From a virus (Duplodnaviria; Heunggongvirae; Uroviricota; Caudoviricetes), in the IMG/VR virus record IMGVR_UViG_3300021431_002946, positions 161,291 through 225,290 of that record: a DNA stretch of 64,000 nt, one strand, 5' to 3'. How positions within the stretch are numbered: the stretch's first letter is position 1; each line of letters begins with the position of its first letter. The position numbers were made by a program, and so were the translations under genes. Under the pieces are notes generated by a model. It ran no database searches. It had not been told where the DNA came from and was given only the letters and a program-made list of their open reading frames with translations. Positions 1 to 11,022 of this stretch are shown piece by piece.

Positions 1-155
1 AATTTTGAATATTATGATGGATATGCATTATTTAATGGAAAGAAAATAAGAGCTAAAAAGAAATATAAAGCATTTGAAAAAGCATTTAATCTTCCAATAA
101 ATGATTATAATGAGATTTATGATACTTTAGTTAAAGTAGAAAGGAAATAACTACT

Positions 156-509
156 ATGAAATGCTGTATATGTAGAAAAGAAATAGAAGGATATGGAAAT
201 AATCCGTATCCTCTTTGTAATAAAGATGATTATGAATCAAGATGTTGTGATACTTGTAATAGTTATGTAACATTAGCAAGATTATATGAAATGAAGGGTG
301 AAGTAAAAGAAAAGTTAAACACAGATGATCTTGTTATTGTATTTTGGGCAAAAGAGTCTAATATGCCTATAGATACACTTAAAGAAAATGATAAATATTT
401 AGCAGGCTATGTTTTAGAAGAAGTTAAAAAAGGACAGTATAAAGGTACTTGGGGAGACTTTATACTTAATGTTTCTACTGATAGTTATATTGTGATAAAT
501 AAAAAATAA
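156..509 (+). CDS. hypothetical protein with N-terminal CxxC/CCxxC zinc-binding motif
   Basis: ORF with SD; KCCICRK...RCCDTC. Confidence 0.6.
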   Translation: MKCCICRKEIEGYGNNPYPLCNKDDYESRCCDTCNSYVTLARLYEMKGEVKEKLNTDDLVIVFWAKESNMPIDTLKENDKYLAGYVLEEVKKGQYKGTWGDFILNVSTDSYIVINKK

Positions 510-547
510 CAATGTTAAAATTCAAAAATAATTAAGGAGAATCATAT

Positions 548-808
548 ATGAACACAGTAATTGCAGTTCAAGTTGGAGATAAAATTAAAGTTAGAACTTT
601 AAATAATAATTGTGATGATATGGTACTTTTAGTTACAGTTGCTAATTTAACTGGAATTGTAAATGTTAAAATTCCAGGATTAACTGATGTTAATGAGATG
701 CCTCATGACGAGTTAATTCCTTTACTTGGACCTGATGGAGTACAAGTTATTGGTACAATGGTTATTAGTAATGGCACTATTGAAATTAATCAAGGTGAGT
801 TAATATAA
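548..808 (+). CDS. hypothetical protein
   Basis: ORF with AAGGAG SD. Confidence 0.6.
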   Translation: MNTVIAVQVGDKIKVRTLNNNCDDMVLLVTVANLTGIVNVKIPGLTDVNEMPHDELIPLLGPDGVQVIGTMVISNGTIEINQGELI

Positions 809-827
809 AAATAAATAGGAGACTAAT

Positions 828-1175
828 ATGAATATTATTAATGCAACTGATGCTGATCTCAAATATTTTGAAGAGCATTCATCTTTAACTTTTACTGGTT
901 GTGTAGCTTCAGATGAAAATATAGAATTTTTACTTAAATGGTTTGAAGATCATAATTGTAAAATGACATCAGAGGATATATATGTTATTACTGGTAAACA
1001 AATGAATACAAAATATCATTTAAAAGGTGATAATCGTTATGCAAACGATCTTCATTTTTTAGTAATTAAGCTCGAAGATTTATCAAATGTTGGTGCAATT
1101 GTTATGCCTAGATTTGAACTCGGTGGTCGTTGGTTTGACGATATAGTTGAAAATAATAGACATCATAATAAATAA
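828..1175 (+). CDS. hypothetical phage-type protein
   Basis: ORF with SD. Confidence 0.6.
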   Translation: MNIINATDADLKYFEEHSSLTFTGCVASDENIEFLLKWFEDHNCKMTSEDIYVITGKQMNTKYHLKGDNRYANDLHFLVIKLEDLSNVGAIVMPRFELGGRWFDDIVENNRHHNK

Positions 1176-1185
1176 GGATTAAATT

Positions 1186-1642
1186 ATGCATTCAGAAAAA
1201 TATAAACAACAAGCAACAGTAAAATTTGAATATCTAATAAATGATTTTGATAAAATGATTGAATTTATTGAATCAGAAAGATTTGATCATATTTTTAATA
1301 ATAAATTAAAAGAATTGTCAAAGTCTGGTAAATATTGGATTCGTATTAAATTTGCATTTGAATATCGTAATAATGGATATAGATTAGCTATATATTCAGA
1401 TAAAGATGTAATTTTTTTTCACAAAATCTAGACAAAATGTTTATATGTCCGATGTAATTAGTCAAAATTATTCAAGACTTAATACTTGTTATGATGAAGT
1501 TATTTCAACAATTAACAATAAATTGCGACATAGACAAGATTTCCATTCAGAAATGCAATGAAATTATGCAATAAATGAAAAAGTTGAAAATATTGGAGAA
1601 GCTAATTCTACTGGTTGGAAAATAATACCTATAGAAGACTAA
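1186..1642 (+). pseudogene. disrupted hypothetical gene (frameshift in T run plus in-frame TGA) or sequencing error
   Basis: ORF stops at 1431 just after a T homopolymer; coding-like sequence continues in another frame to TAA at 1640-1642. Confidence 0.4.
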
Positions 1643-1690
1643 TTAGAAAAATAAAATAAATTTAATATAAAAACTTAAAGGAGATTTAAT

Positions 1691-2320
1691 ATGACTGCAC
1701 AAGAATTAGTTAAAAAATATTGTAATGGAACAAATGATATAGAATTATTTAGAGTTTTAGCAAATGCGGCTGGAATTTTTGATGTTTATGAAGATTATTC
1801 TATAGAAGAAGACTTAGATGATTTTAATTTAGCTGAATTAATTGATGAATTTGTAAAAGTTGCAGATTATAAATCTATTAGTGAAAATGATGATGAAGAT
1901 GTTTTAGATAATATTGATAGTATTCAAAATGATAATTATTATAATAATAGAATTCTTACTGGAGTTTTCTGGTTAGATAATATGGATTGTGATTTTGGTG
2001 AAGGAGCTGCAAAATTAATTAAGCCTTTACTTGAAATTAGAAAGTATATTTCTTATGAAGATTGTTACTTTTTAGATGAAGAAACTTTAGCTAGTTTTAA
2101 ATTAAGAGAAAAATATGCAAGTGAATTTTCTGAAGGTTTAGATATTTATGACTTTCTTGAATATTTAAAAGACAATGGATTAGATGTTTATAATGATGAT
2201 ATAGATATTTGTTATGAAGAAAAGACAGTTTATGTATTTATTGACAATATAACTACCGCAGATAAAGCAGAAGAAATATTAAAGAAAATTAAAGCTAAAA
2301 TAGATGAATATAAAAAATAA
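1691..2320 (+). CDS. acidic hypothetical protein
   Basis: ORF with SD. Confidence 0.65.
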   Translation: MTAQELVKKYCNGTNDIELFRVLANAAGIFDVYEDYSIEEDLDDFNLAELIDEFVKVADYKSISENDDEDVLDNIDSIQNDNYYNNRILTGVFWLDNMDCDFGEGAAKLIKPLLEIRKYISYEDCYFLDEETLASFKLREKYASEFSEGLDIYDFLEYLKDNGLDVYNDDIDICYEEKTVYVFIDNITTADKAEEILKKIKAKIDEYKK

Positions 2321-2337
2321 TTCATAGGAGAATAAAA

Positions 2338-2994
2338 ATGTATAATATAGAATATTATATTAATGAATTTAAACATTCATTAAAAAGAAATGAAAGTAGA
2401 CTTTTAGACTATATTACAAATAAATCTCAAGAATTTAAAGATAATATAATTAGTACCTTTGATTTTATTTTAATGATTGAATCTAATAAACAAAATGGTG
2501 CAATTGTACTTTCAAACAATTTTATTCTTTTAGCTGATATTCATTTATATAATAAGTCCGACTATACTATTTTATTCGAAAAATGTAATTATATATTTTA
2601 TGAATGGCTTAAATATACTTATAAAGATGTAAAAATTAAAGATATAGTAAATGGATATAGATATGGTATACGTCTTTTTAATAATGATATTTTAACTAAA
2701 GAATTTGAAAATAACGGTTTTGTTTATAAACAAGAAATTAAAAAAGAAGAATTAAATGATTTACCTTTAAATATATCTTATTATGGAAATTATTTAAATC
2801 ATTTTTCAGCTATAACACATATAGAAAATGGTTTTGTTCTTTTAAGTATAATTAATGGAAAATTTGAGATTATTAAAGTTAAAGATAATAAACAAGAAAA
2901 TTTTAAATTTGAAATAAGTAAATATAAAGATGTTATTAAAAAATATCTATTATATTTAGAAGAAAATAAAATAAATAACTTAAAGGAGATATAA
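2338..2994 (+). CDS. hypothetical protein
   Basis: ORF with SD. Confidence 0.6.
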   Translation: MYNIEYYINEFKHSLKRNESRLLDYITNKSQEFKDNIISTFDFILMIESNKQNGAIVLSNNFILLADIHLYNKSDYTILFEKCNYIFYEWLKYTYKDVKIKDIVNGYRYGIRLFNNDILTKEFENNGFVYKQEIKKEELNDLPLNISYYGNYLNHFSAITHIENGFVLLSIINGKFEIIKVKDNKQENFKFEISKYKDVIKKYLLYLEENKINNLKEI

Positions 2995-2997
2995 TTT

Positions 2998-3330
2998 ATG
3001 TCTGCTTATACTGAATTAGAAAATTTATTGATACAATATGATGAAACATATAAAAAACTTGTAGCGTCTAGTAGAAATGAAAAAAGTGAATATGATCATA
3101 CTAATACTGAATTTCTTTGGGGAGATATACATTCACTTCAAAACGAAGTTTCAAGCTTATTGTTAGCTAATAGACGTACAGGTTTAAGTATGCTTAGACA
3201 ATTTTTAAAAGAGCATTGTCCTAATACATATGAAGAAATAAAAGATTTAAGTGATAAACAATTTACTAAAGCAATGCCAAAATTAAAAACTAAAACAAAA
3301 GATAATTTTTATTTTATAAATTATAATTAA
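2998..3330 (+). CDS. hypothetical protein
   Basis: ORF with SD. Confidence 0.6.
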   Translation: MSAYTELENLLIQYDETYKKLVASSRNEKSEYDHTNTEFLWGDIHSLQNEVSSLLLANRRTGLSMLRQFLKEHCPNTYEEIKDLSDKQFTKAMPKLKTKTKDNFYFINYN

Positions 3331-3393
3331 GAAAATTTAAAATAAAGATATATTTGAACATGTAATTGACATTTTAGAATAATGAGGTTTAGT

Positions 3394-4074
3394 ATGTTAG
3401 AAAAAGGAAAAAAATATTTATTGAAAGAATTTTTTAATGAATGCGAAGTAGGTAAAACATATAATATTATATTTAATAAAAAATATACATACACAATACA
3501 TAAAATTCCAATATTAAAATCTAATGAAATATATATGCATCCTGCAATATATCATTATGGTATGTATAAAAGTTATTTTTATAAAGCCACTGAATTTATT
3601 CCAGCATTTTCTAGATTTTTAGGAGAATACGCAACTGAAATAATAGGTACACCAAAAGATTGGTATGGTATAACAAAATATTATGAATTAGGCGAAATAG
3701 GTGATGCAGATGGTGACTTTTACTTAAAAATTCCACAAAACATTGTAAAGTTACTTATGCAAAAATATGATATAAAAGATATAAAAGATTTTGAAAATTT
3801 AATTAAACAACAATTACCTAATATTGATCACGCTTTTGATTGTATTAATTATTTATGTATTATATATAAAGTAGATCAGTGTTTTCATAGAGATGGAATT
3901 GTATGTGATTTATTTGTAGACAGATGTGGTAGAGAATTTAATCTTAATATTATAGAAAAAAATGAAATTTGTAAAATTAAAGTAGATAATAAAGGATATG
4001 CATGTGCAAGTGTATCTGATTTTAAAGATTTAGATTTTTCAGCAACAATTACAATAATTGATATTTTAGATTAA
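3394..4074 (+). CDS. hypothetical protein
   Basis: ORF; start moved to ATG after GAGG. Confidence 0.6.
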   Translation: MLEKGKKYLLKEFFNECEVGKTYNIIFNKKYTYTIHKIPILKSNEIYMHPAIYHYGMYKSYFYKATEFIPAFSRFLGEYATEIIGTPKDWYGITKYYELGEIGDADGDFYLKIPQNIVKLLMQKYDIKDIKDFENLIKQQLPNIDHAFDCINYLCIIYKVDQCFHRDGIVCDLFVDRCGREFNLNIIEKNEICKIKVDNKGYACASVSDFKDLDFSATITIIDILD

Positions 4075-4084
4075 GGAGGTTAAT

Positions 4085-5161
4085 ATGAATATACAAGACC
4101 TTCAAGTAAAAGTTCAAGCAGCTGAAGAAAAAGTAGCTAAAATAGAAAAAACTATTGAAAAACATAAAGCTAGACGAGAAAAGAAAATATTAGAAGTTAA
4201 TAAAATATTAGAACAAAATGGTATTTCTATTAAATTTGAAGATATTCAAGATGAAGATAATGTAGCACATAAATATTATGGAACTGCATTTCATAATGAA
4301 TATTATTGGGCTGTATGTGATGTACATAACGCAGAATCAGATATTAGAGGATCTGAATATAAATTAAAAGATGCTAAAGAAATTCTTAAAAATTGGAAAG
4401 AAAAATTAGGTAGAGAAGAGGCTAAAATTCAATATATTCAAGATACAGTTCCTCAAGTAATTAAAGATTTCTTAAATGAATGGAAAAGAAAATGTATTGA
4501 TTATTATCAAAAGAAAGCAGATTCTTATCCTGAAGCTTATAAACAATACCAAGCTGATTTACATAGAGCTTATTATGATGCATTAAAAGAAATTGTTGAA
4601 AGATTAGTGTCTGAAAATAAAGAAGAATTTATTAAGCAATATTGTTGGGGCAAAGAACAAAGATTTAATGAAATAATGGAAATGCTTGAACAATATAGTC
4701 CAGAAGGTCCTCAAGCTTATTGTCAATCTTATTATAAGAGCTATTCTGAAATTTTTTATTTTGATTACAGAAGTAAAAATGATCCTCGTAATAGTAGAAG
4801 ATATGAAGACATAAAAGAAGCTTTTAATATGAAATTTGGAGATATGTTTTTCCAAGCATTTAAAGATCATAAATTTGATAAAGATTGGTTAGATAAACAG
4901 ATTGAACAAGAAAAGAATAATAAATTAATTGAACTTATGAATAGAGTAACTAAGATTACTGGTACAATAACTGACGCTAAAGGTCTTTCTGTAGAGAGTA
5001 CAGGTGATTTGAATGGTGTTATTATTGGTGAAAGAGGTAAAGCAAAAGTTCAGACAATTGGTGCTGGTGGATATAATGAACATATTATACTTGACTCAGG
5101 ACGAAGAGGGCAATGCTACCATTTTCGCGTATTGATTAATGAAATTAAGGAAAAAAATTAA
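4085..5161 (+). CDS. coiled-coil phage-type hypothetical protein
   Basis: N-terminal coiled coil; C-terminal LNG..IG..G.AKVQTIGAGGYN...QCYHFRVL motif resembling Firmicutes phage hypotheticals. Confidence 0.65.
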   Translation: MNIQDLQVKVQAAEEKVAKIEKTIEKHKARREKKILEVNKILEQNGISIKFEDIQDEDNVAHKYYGTAFHNEYYWAVCDVHNAESDIRGSEYKLKDAKEILKNWKEKLGREEAKIQYIQDTVPQVIKDFLNEWKRKCIDYYQKKADSYPEAYKQYQADLHRAYYDALKEIVERLVSENKEEFIKQYCWGKEQRFNEIMEMLEQYSPEGPQAYCQSYYKSYSEIFYFDYRSKNDPRNSRRYEDIKEAFNMKFGDMFFQAFKDHKFDKDWLDKQIEQEKNNKLIELMNRVTKITGTITDAKGLSVESTGDLNGVIIGERGKAKVQTIGAGGYNEHIILDSGRRGQCYHFRVLINEIKEKN

Positions 5162-5195
5162 ATATAAGGATCTAAATAAAGGAGAAGAATAATAT

Positions 5196-6320
5196 ATGCG
5201 ATCTGCTGATATATCAAATAAAAAATATATTAAAGAATTTATTGATATAGATAAATTACGAAGATATAATTTAACTGCTATTAAAGCGTATGATATTGAA
5301 TTTCGTAATTTTGAATATGCATCTGTTACAACTTATTGTAGTTTAAGTGCAAAAGCTTTAAAAGAAGGTAAAATTTCTAAGATTTATAGTGACTATAAAG
5401 GTATAATTTTATATGAAGAATGCAGTAGTACTTATATATATAAAAAGAAAAATTCAAATAATTTAGTTAAATTAGCTGATACATATTTATATGTATATTA
5501 TGATAGACTAGCTAAAAGTGTATCTAAAGTACCAATAGATATGTTTGAATTAGACAGAGCAATTAAACAAATATATGAAAGAAAACAAGCTTTTAGAAAT
5601 GATTATTATAATCAGTATAAAAAACGTAAGAACAAAATTTTGGAAATTGACATATCAAAAATAAAATTAGATGTATATACTATTAAATTTTTCCAAACAT
5701 TATTAACTGCATTTAAACGCTTAGATGATGCAGTACTTTATATGTGTACTAATTTTGAAATTGATGATGATATAATACAAAAAGATGATGCAATTGAAAT
5801 TCTTACAAATAAATTTGATGAATGTTTAGCGCTTTTATATAATTTTAAACATATTACAAATGAAAATAGAGAAGCAGTTGCACATTATGTAGAAGATTTA
5901 AATTTATATTCTAAGATGAATACAATATTTAAAGAGGAAGATATTATACCAATTGCAGCAGCAGCTGGAAAGAAAACAGCTAAATATGTATTTAAAAAGG
6001 CAAAATTATCTCCTAAGCAAAAACAAGAACTTATGTGCTATACTGAAACTATTAAATTATATGCTACGCCTAAGAAAGACCAAGATATTAATGATATACA
6101 AATGAGTTTATTAGCATTACAAGAAGAATATAATAATGATTCTGATGGTTGTATTTTACTTGATATTAAAATTGAGGGAGATAAACTCGCATATTATTTC
6201 TATACTTATGAAGATGGTACTAAAATTGACGGACAACGTTTATCTTGGTTAACTAATTTGTATAATCAAAAGAATAAAGGTAAGAAGCCAGAATTATTAT
6301 TAGAATATCAAGAGGTATAA
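5196..6320 (+). CDS. hypothetical protein, G.RL..L..LYN C-terminal family
   Basis: C-terminus similar to 43951 and 45988 products. Confidence 0.65.
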   Translation: MRSADISNKKYIKEFIDIDKLRRYNLTAIKAYDIEFRNFEYASVTTYCSLSAKALKEGKISKIYSDYKGIILYEECSSTYIYKKKNSNNLVKLADTYLYVYYDRLAKSVSKVPIDMFELDRAIKQIYERKQAFRNDYYNQYKKRKNKILEIDISKIKLDVYTIKFFQTLLTAFKRLDDAVLYMCTNFEIDDDIIQKDDAIEILTNKFDECLALLYNFKHITNENREAVAHYVEDLNLYSKMNTIFKEEDIIPIAAAAGKKTAKYVFKKAKLSPKQKQELMCYTETIKLYATPKKDQDINDIQMSLLALQEEYNNDSDGCILLDIKIEGDKLAYYFYTYEDGTKIDGQRLSWLTNLYNQKNKGKKPELLLEYQEV

Positions 6321-6321
6321 T

Positions 6322-6678
6322 ATGACAAAAGAAAATGTTATTGGTTTAGCAAAAAATTTTAATCAAAAACTACGTGATACATGTTGTGAACGTCTAGATG
6401 AATTTAAACAAATATATAATAAAGAAGCATACTGGATTGAATGTGGTAATCCTTGGTCTGAAGAATCACAAAAAGAATATATTGAGCATGGTTATCTTGC
6501 AACAGATTTTGTTGTAGACGGAAATTATGATCATATGAGTTCTGAAAAACAGTTGCAGCTTGATATAGCAGTTACTAAATCATATATTGATTCTGCTGTT
6601 GAACAAGAAGGCGTTAGGCCAAGAGTTATTTGTGCAATTCTTCATGACTATTTTGGAGAGTTTTTAGATAAAATTTAA
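6322..6678 (+). CDS. hypothetical protein
   Basis: ORF with SD. Confidence 0.6.
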   Translation: MTKENVIGLAKNFNQKLRDTCCERLDEFKQIYNKEAYWIECGNPWSEESQKEYIEHGYLATDFVVDGNYDHMSSEKQLQLDIAVTKSYIDSAVEQEGVRPRVICAILHDYFGEFLDKI

Positions 6679-6752
6679 AAAGGAAATTATTTAAGTTAAA
6701 ATAACATATATATCTAAAAAATATGAAGAAGCTAAATAATAGGAGTATTATT

Positions 6753-7289
6753 ATGACAGAAAAAGATATAATTAGTAAAATTAATGCAACTGAAAATAAA
6801 GAAGAATTAAATGCTGTAGTAAATAAATTAACTTTAATGGATAATAATGAATATCGAGAATATATTACAGATATTTTAAAATCAAAATTGTTTTTTTTAG
6901 ATGAAAAAATAAATTTTTTTGAATATGTACAGTTATCAGAAATAAAATGTTTATATTTTAAAGTTGTAGATTATCCTTTAAATTTAGGATTTACATTAAA
7001 TAACGAAATTAATAATGCAGGCCTAGAAATATGTAATAAATTTGTAGTAAAAATTGATGTTATGAATGATGAAAATACAGTTATTTTAACTGGACATTTA
7101 TATTTTAAATATATAAAATCTAAACTATATTCTGGAGATTTTTATATTGATGACGATGACTTTCATTTAACAGATACACTTATGCCTGGATTATCTAAAG
7201 ATGATTATTATTTAATTTTAGAACATATGATTAAATATATTAGCGAAATATTTCATATATATAATGATCATTGTAAATCTACTTTATGA
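6753..7289 (+). CDS. hypothetical protein, tandem paralog 1 of 3
   Basis: NKLTLMDNNEYREYITDI, PLNLGF; start after AGGAG. Confidence 0.6.
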   Translation: MTEKDIISKINATENKEELNAVVNKLTLMDNNEYREYITDILKSKLFFLDEKINFFEYVQLSEIKCLYFKVVDYPLNLGFTLNNEINNAGLEICNKFVVKIDVMNDENTVILTGHLYFKYIKSKLYSGDFYIDDDDFHLTDTLMPGLSKDDYYLILEHMIKYISEIFHIYNDHCKSTL

Positions 7290-7297
7290 GGCATATT

Positions 7298-7825
7298 ATG
7301 AAAAAAGATGATTTACTTAAACAGCTCAAAAAGGCTTATAGTAGTACTTCAACTGATTATAATAAATTATTAAATCAATTAAATTTAATGAATGATTCAG
7401 AATATAGTGAACTTATAACAGATATTTTATATTCTAATCACTTTGCGTATCTACCAAAGTTTAAATATATTATAGGTTATGATAATCAAAATGTATTAAG
7501 TTTTATATTTAATGGTATGCCTATAAATTTAGGATTTTATCAAGATTATCATGGAATTAGAACAAATTTTTTAATTAAACTTTTATGTTTTAGTGATGAT
7601 GACTATTTTTGTTTTAAAGACAATGAAAATTATTTAGTTGCAGCTGTTATAGAATTTAAGTATTATTTTATTCCAAATAGATTATATCTTATTAATGCAG
7701 ATTTTATTAATAGTAAAAATATTTCTAATGAATTATATGAAAAAATTAGTATAAATACAATAAATCATATTATGAAAGATAGTAAAATATTATTAAGAGA
7801 TAAAAAATTTAGAGGTTTAGTATGA
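7298..7825 (+). CDS. hypothetical protein, tandem paralog 2 of 3
   Basis: NQLNLMNDSEYSELITDI, PINLGF. Confidence 0.6.
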   Translation: MKKDDLLKQLKKAYSSTSTDYNKLLNQLNLMNDSEYSELITDILYSNHFAYLPKFKYIIGYDNQNVLSFIFNGMPINLGFYQDYHGIRTNFLIKLLCFSDDDYFCFKDNENYLVAAVIEFKYYFIPNRLYLINADFINSKNISNELYEKISINTINHIMKDSKILLRDKKFRGLV

Positions 7826-8307
7826 AAATTGAAGAATTAATGGATAAATATAATAAAGCGTGTAAAAACAATAGATGTGATTCTTTATTAAATAAATTAA
7901 TATTATTAGATGAAGCTGAATATAACGAACTTATATATGAAATTTTTAATAATAGAATGTTTAATTATAATTTTGAATTACAAATTTTTATATCACCAGA
8001 CTTGATAATATTTTTAAAATTTGAAGGATCGCCTAAAAATTTTGGATTTAATATAGAAGGTCAAGAATTATGCGCTACATTTTCTACAAAAGTAAAATGT
8101 CATGACCTAGAAAATGAATATATAATTACTGGTTATATAGATTTTATATATAATTTTAATTCTGACACTTTATGCTTTACTTTTGATGATCTTCAGTCAG
8201 ATTCAGAAAATAAAGAAATATTAAATAATATTTTAAAAGCAATATTTAAAAATTTAGCTTATAAGCTTGATATAACTAACGATTATTTTTTATATACAAA
8301 TTTTTAA
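7822..8307 (+). CDS. hypothetical protein, tandem paralog 3 of 3
   Basis: NKLILLDEAEYNELIYEI, PKNFGF. Confidence 0.6.
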   Translation: MKIEELMDKYNKACKNNRCDSLLNKLILLDEAEYNELIYEIFNNRMFNYNFELQIFISPDLIIFLKFEGSPKNFGFNIEGQELCATFSTKVKCHDLENEYIITGYIDFIYNFNSDTLCFTFDDLQSDSENKEILNNILKAIFKNLAYKLDITNDYFLYTNF

Positions 8308-8317
8308 GGAGAAATAT

Positions 8318-8500
8318 ATGGAGTTACAAACATTACTTTCAAAATTTGATAATAATACAAGAATACAGATTGAGAATATAAATGGAGTTTTATATCATGG
8401 TTTTCTTTTAAATACACCTGATAAATTTAGAAATTCAAATCTTGATGTAACTTGGTGTGAAATTAGAGATGGTAAACTTATTATTTTTGTAGAATATTAA
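8318..8500 (+). CDS. small hypothetical protein
   Basis: ORF with SD. Confidence 0.55.
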   Translation: MELQTLLSKFDNNTRIQIENINGVLYHGFLLNTPDKFRNSNLDVTWCEIRDGKLIIFVEY

Positions 8501-8513
8501 AAAGGAGATTAAT

Positions 8514-9158
8514 ATGTCTTGGAGTGAAATTGATAAAAATGATGGTTATGATAACAATTCAGAATCCTGTATAATAAAAGATGCTACTATACAAGTAACA
8601 TTTGAAGGCGATTGGACAGAAGATGATATTATAAATTTTATTGAAGAAGATTGTAATCTTACAAGAGCTGATTATCTTAAAATTAAAAATTTAGATGATG
8701 AAACACTTGCTAAATTATTTAAATATGAGCATAATTTTCTTTTTTCAATAAATGATGAAGATGACAATTTATATAAATTATTTGATAAATTTAAAGATAT
8801 AGAAGATGAAATAAATGCTGCGATTGATACATTGAGTTCTATTGAATATATAACAGAAGATTCATTTGCTGTTAATTTAGAAAAATTTTTTAGAGATATG
8901 TATAATACAGACTATTTTGATATAAATAGTGCAACAGTTGTAGATATAGATCATAAAAATCATAAATATGTTATTGATTTTAATATAGATTATAAAACTG
9001 AAATTTATCCAGATGGTTATATAGATGAAATAACTTATGATTTACCTGATCTTAAAACAACTGCATTAAATGGAATTAATAAAATTTTACAAAATACAAT
9101 TTATAAATTTTTGGCAGCAACAAATATAAAATATCATAAAGGAACGGTGAGAATATGA
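8514..9158 (+). CDS. acidic hypothetical protein
   Basis: ORF with SD. Confidence 0.6.
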   Translation: MSWSEIDKNDGYDNNSESCIIKDATIQVTFEGDWTEDDIINFIEEDCNLTRADYLKIKNLDDETLAKLFKYEHNFLFSINDEDDNLYKLFDKFKDIEDEINAAIDTLSSIEYITEDSFAVNLEKFFRDMYNTDYFDINSATVVDIDHKNHKYVIDFNIDYKTEIYPDGYIDEITYDLPDLKTTALNGINKILQNTIYKFLAATNIKYHKGTVRI

Positions 9159-9604
9159 CATTTAGTTTAGATAAATTAAAAACAGTAAAGCAGGCAAGTG
9201 GTCAATTTATTGATCTTAAATATGAAGTAGAAGAACTTATAAATGGACCAGAATTTGAGCGTAAATTGCAAAAATTATGTGAAGATGCTTTAAGATCTGG
9301 TGATAATAGAGTTGAAGTTATTTTGTCTTTTGGAAAAGAAAATAGAGGTAATGTTAGAATTACACTTACTTCAAGTAATTGTATGATCTTAGATTATGTA
9401 ATTTCAAATGGAGTAAATCAAGATAATATTTCTAATATTGATGATGCTTGGGAAAGTTTAAAACATAAAATTTCAAATTTAGGATTAGATATATTTCCAA
9501 AGCCTAATTTATATATGTATAAAGATGGAGTTTTTAGTTTTAAAGATACTATTGAGCATCAAACATATGATAATAAAATCATAATTAACTTGAGAAATAT
9601 TTAA
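9155..9604 (+). CDS. hypothetical protein
   Basis: ORF, ATGA overlap with upstream gene. Confidence 0.6.
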   Translation: MTFSLDKLKTVKQASGQFIDLKYEVEELINGPEFERKLQKLCEDALRSGDNRVEVILSFGKENRGNVRITLTSSNCMILDYVISNGVNQDNISNIDDAWESLKHKISNLGLDIFPKPNLYMYKDGVFSFKDTIEHQTYDNKIIINLRNI

Positions 9605-9617
9605 GGAGCAAATAAAA

Positions 9618-10079
9618 ATGGAATTATTCGCAAAAGAAATAGAATCAATTTTGTATTGTGATTATAAAGAATTATTTGATAAATTATTTGAATCTAACAG
9701 TTTTAGTAATACAGAAGAATGGGAAATGGATGAATTAGATAATATTGAAAAAGATGATCCAGAAGGCTTTATTCCTATGTATAAAAAATTTGGTTGTATT
9801 ATTAAAGAAAATGGTTATATAATATTACCAGCTAATTCAAAATTTTCTATAATTAGAAAACGCAGTAATGGAGATCCTGCAAATTTTTATATAAAAAATA
9901 ATGGCGAAGAAATAGAATATATCATGTGGAATGATAAAGAGATTATAAATGTAACTCTTACAAAATTTGGAGAAAAATTATTAAAATATGCAAATAATAA
10001 TTTTTATGATATTATAGATGCATATGAATCTTTACAGAAAATAGATAAAATATTTGGTACTAATTTAGCTGATAGTTAA
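9618..10079 (+). CDS. hypothetical protein
   Basis: ORF with SD. Confidence 0.6.
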   Translation: MELFAKEIESILYCDYKELFDKLFESNSFSNTEEWEMDELDNIEKDDPEGFIPMYKKFGCIIKENGYIILPANSKFSIIRKRSNGDPANFYIKNNGEEIEYIMWNDKEIINVTLTKFGEKLLKYANNNFYDIIDAYESLQKIDKIFGTNLADS

Positions 10080-10130
10080 TATTATAAAAATAAATTTACT
10101 TTTAAAATGATAAATATAAAGGAGTTTTAG

Positions 10131-10559
10131 ATGATTAGTATAAGAATAAAACAATGGGAAACTAACAGTTCCTCAGTACATGTATTTTGTATTTCTAATG
10201 GAGGCACAAGAGAAATTCCATCTGAAATAAGATTCAGTGAACTAGTAGCAAATAGATGGGAATACAATGATGGAGATTGTGTAAAAAATAAGATACAAAT
10301 ATGTTATGACATTGCAGATGAGCAAAATAAAGCTGAGGCTTTTTTAACATTTCTTAATAAAAATGGTGTAAATATTATCTTTGATTTAGAAGATGAAGAT
10401 ACAAAAGGCCTTGGAGTATTTAGTTCTGATAGAGAAATGGCTGATTTTATATTTAATTCAGAATCAAAATCTTTTGATACAGATAATAATTATACAGAGC
10501 ATATAATTGAGGATCTTGAAAAAGAAGGTTGGACAAATATTAAACAATATCATTATTAA
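10131..10559 (+). CDS. ETNSSS-motif hypothetical protein
   Basis: IRIKQWETNSSSVH at N-terminus. Confidence 0.65.
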   Translation: MISIRIKQWETNSSSVHVFCISNGGTREIPSEIRFSELVANRWEYNDGDCVKNKIQICYDIADEQNKAEAFLTFLNKNGVNIIFDLEDEDTKGLGVFSSDREMADFIFNSESKSFDTDNNYTEHIIEDLEKEGWTNIKQYHY

Positions 10560-10570
10560 GGAGAATAACA

Positions 10571-11011
10571 GTGTTACAAATTAGACAATCATTTTTTGAA
10601 ACAAATAGTTCTAGTGTTCACGCTTTAATTATTAGTAAAACAGAAGGATGTAAATTACCTTCTACAGTTAATTTAAGTGAAGATTCAGCTCATGGTGATA
10701 TTATAAGAGCTTGGGTAAGATCTTTAAACAATGAAAAAGCTGAAAAATTAATCAATTGGTTATATAGTCATGGAGTAGATGAGATTATTTATAATGGAAG
10801 TAATGAAAATATTATTTCTTGTATAAAATCTTGCAAGTCACATCCTAAAGATGTGAATGCTGAAGACATTGCATATAGATTCAATGATATTGCATTGACT
10901 AACTTTATCTGCGGTAATATATATGAAAAATATGATGGTCATGATGATTATTTATATTGTCAATTAGATACTGATGAATTTGGTTGGTATATAACTTGGA
11001 GTGAACATTAA
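10571..11011 (+). CDS. ETNSSS-motif hypothetical protein
   Basis: IRQSFFETNSSSVH at N-terminus; GTG start with SD. Confidence 0.65.
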   Translation: MLQIRQSFFETNSSSVHALIISKTEGCKLPSTVNLSEDSAHGDIIRAWVRSLNNEKAEKLINWLYSHGVDEIIYNGSNENIISCIKSCKSHPKDVNAEDIAYRFNDIALTNFICGNIYEKYDGHDDYLYCQLDTDEFGWYITWSEH

Positions 11012-11022
11012 AAGGTGTTAAT

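Noticed and set aside
828-1175. Internal FEDHNC as an intein C-terminal junction
   Set aside because: The context is acidic and helical, without block G hydrophobic residues; likely chance.
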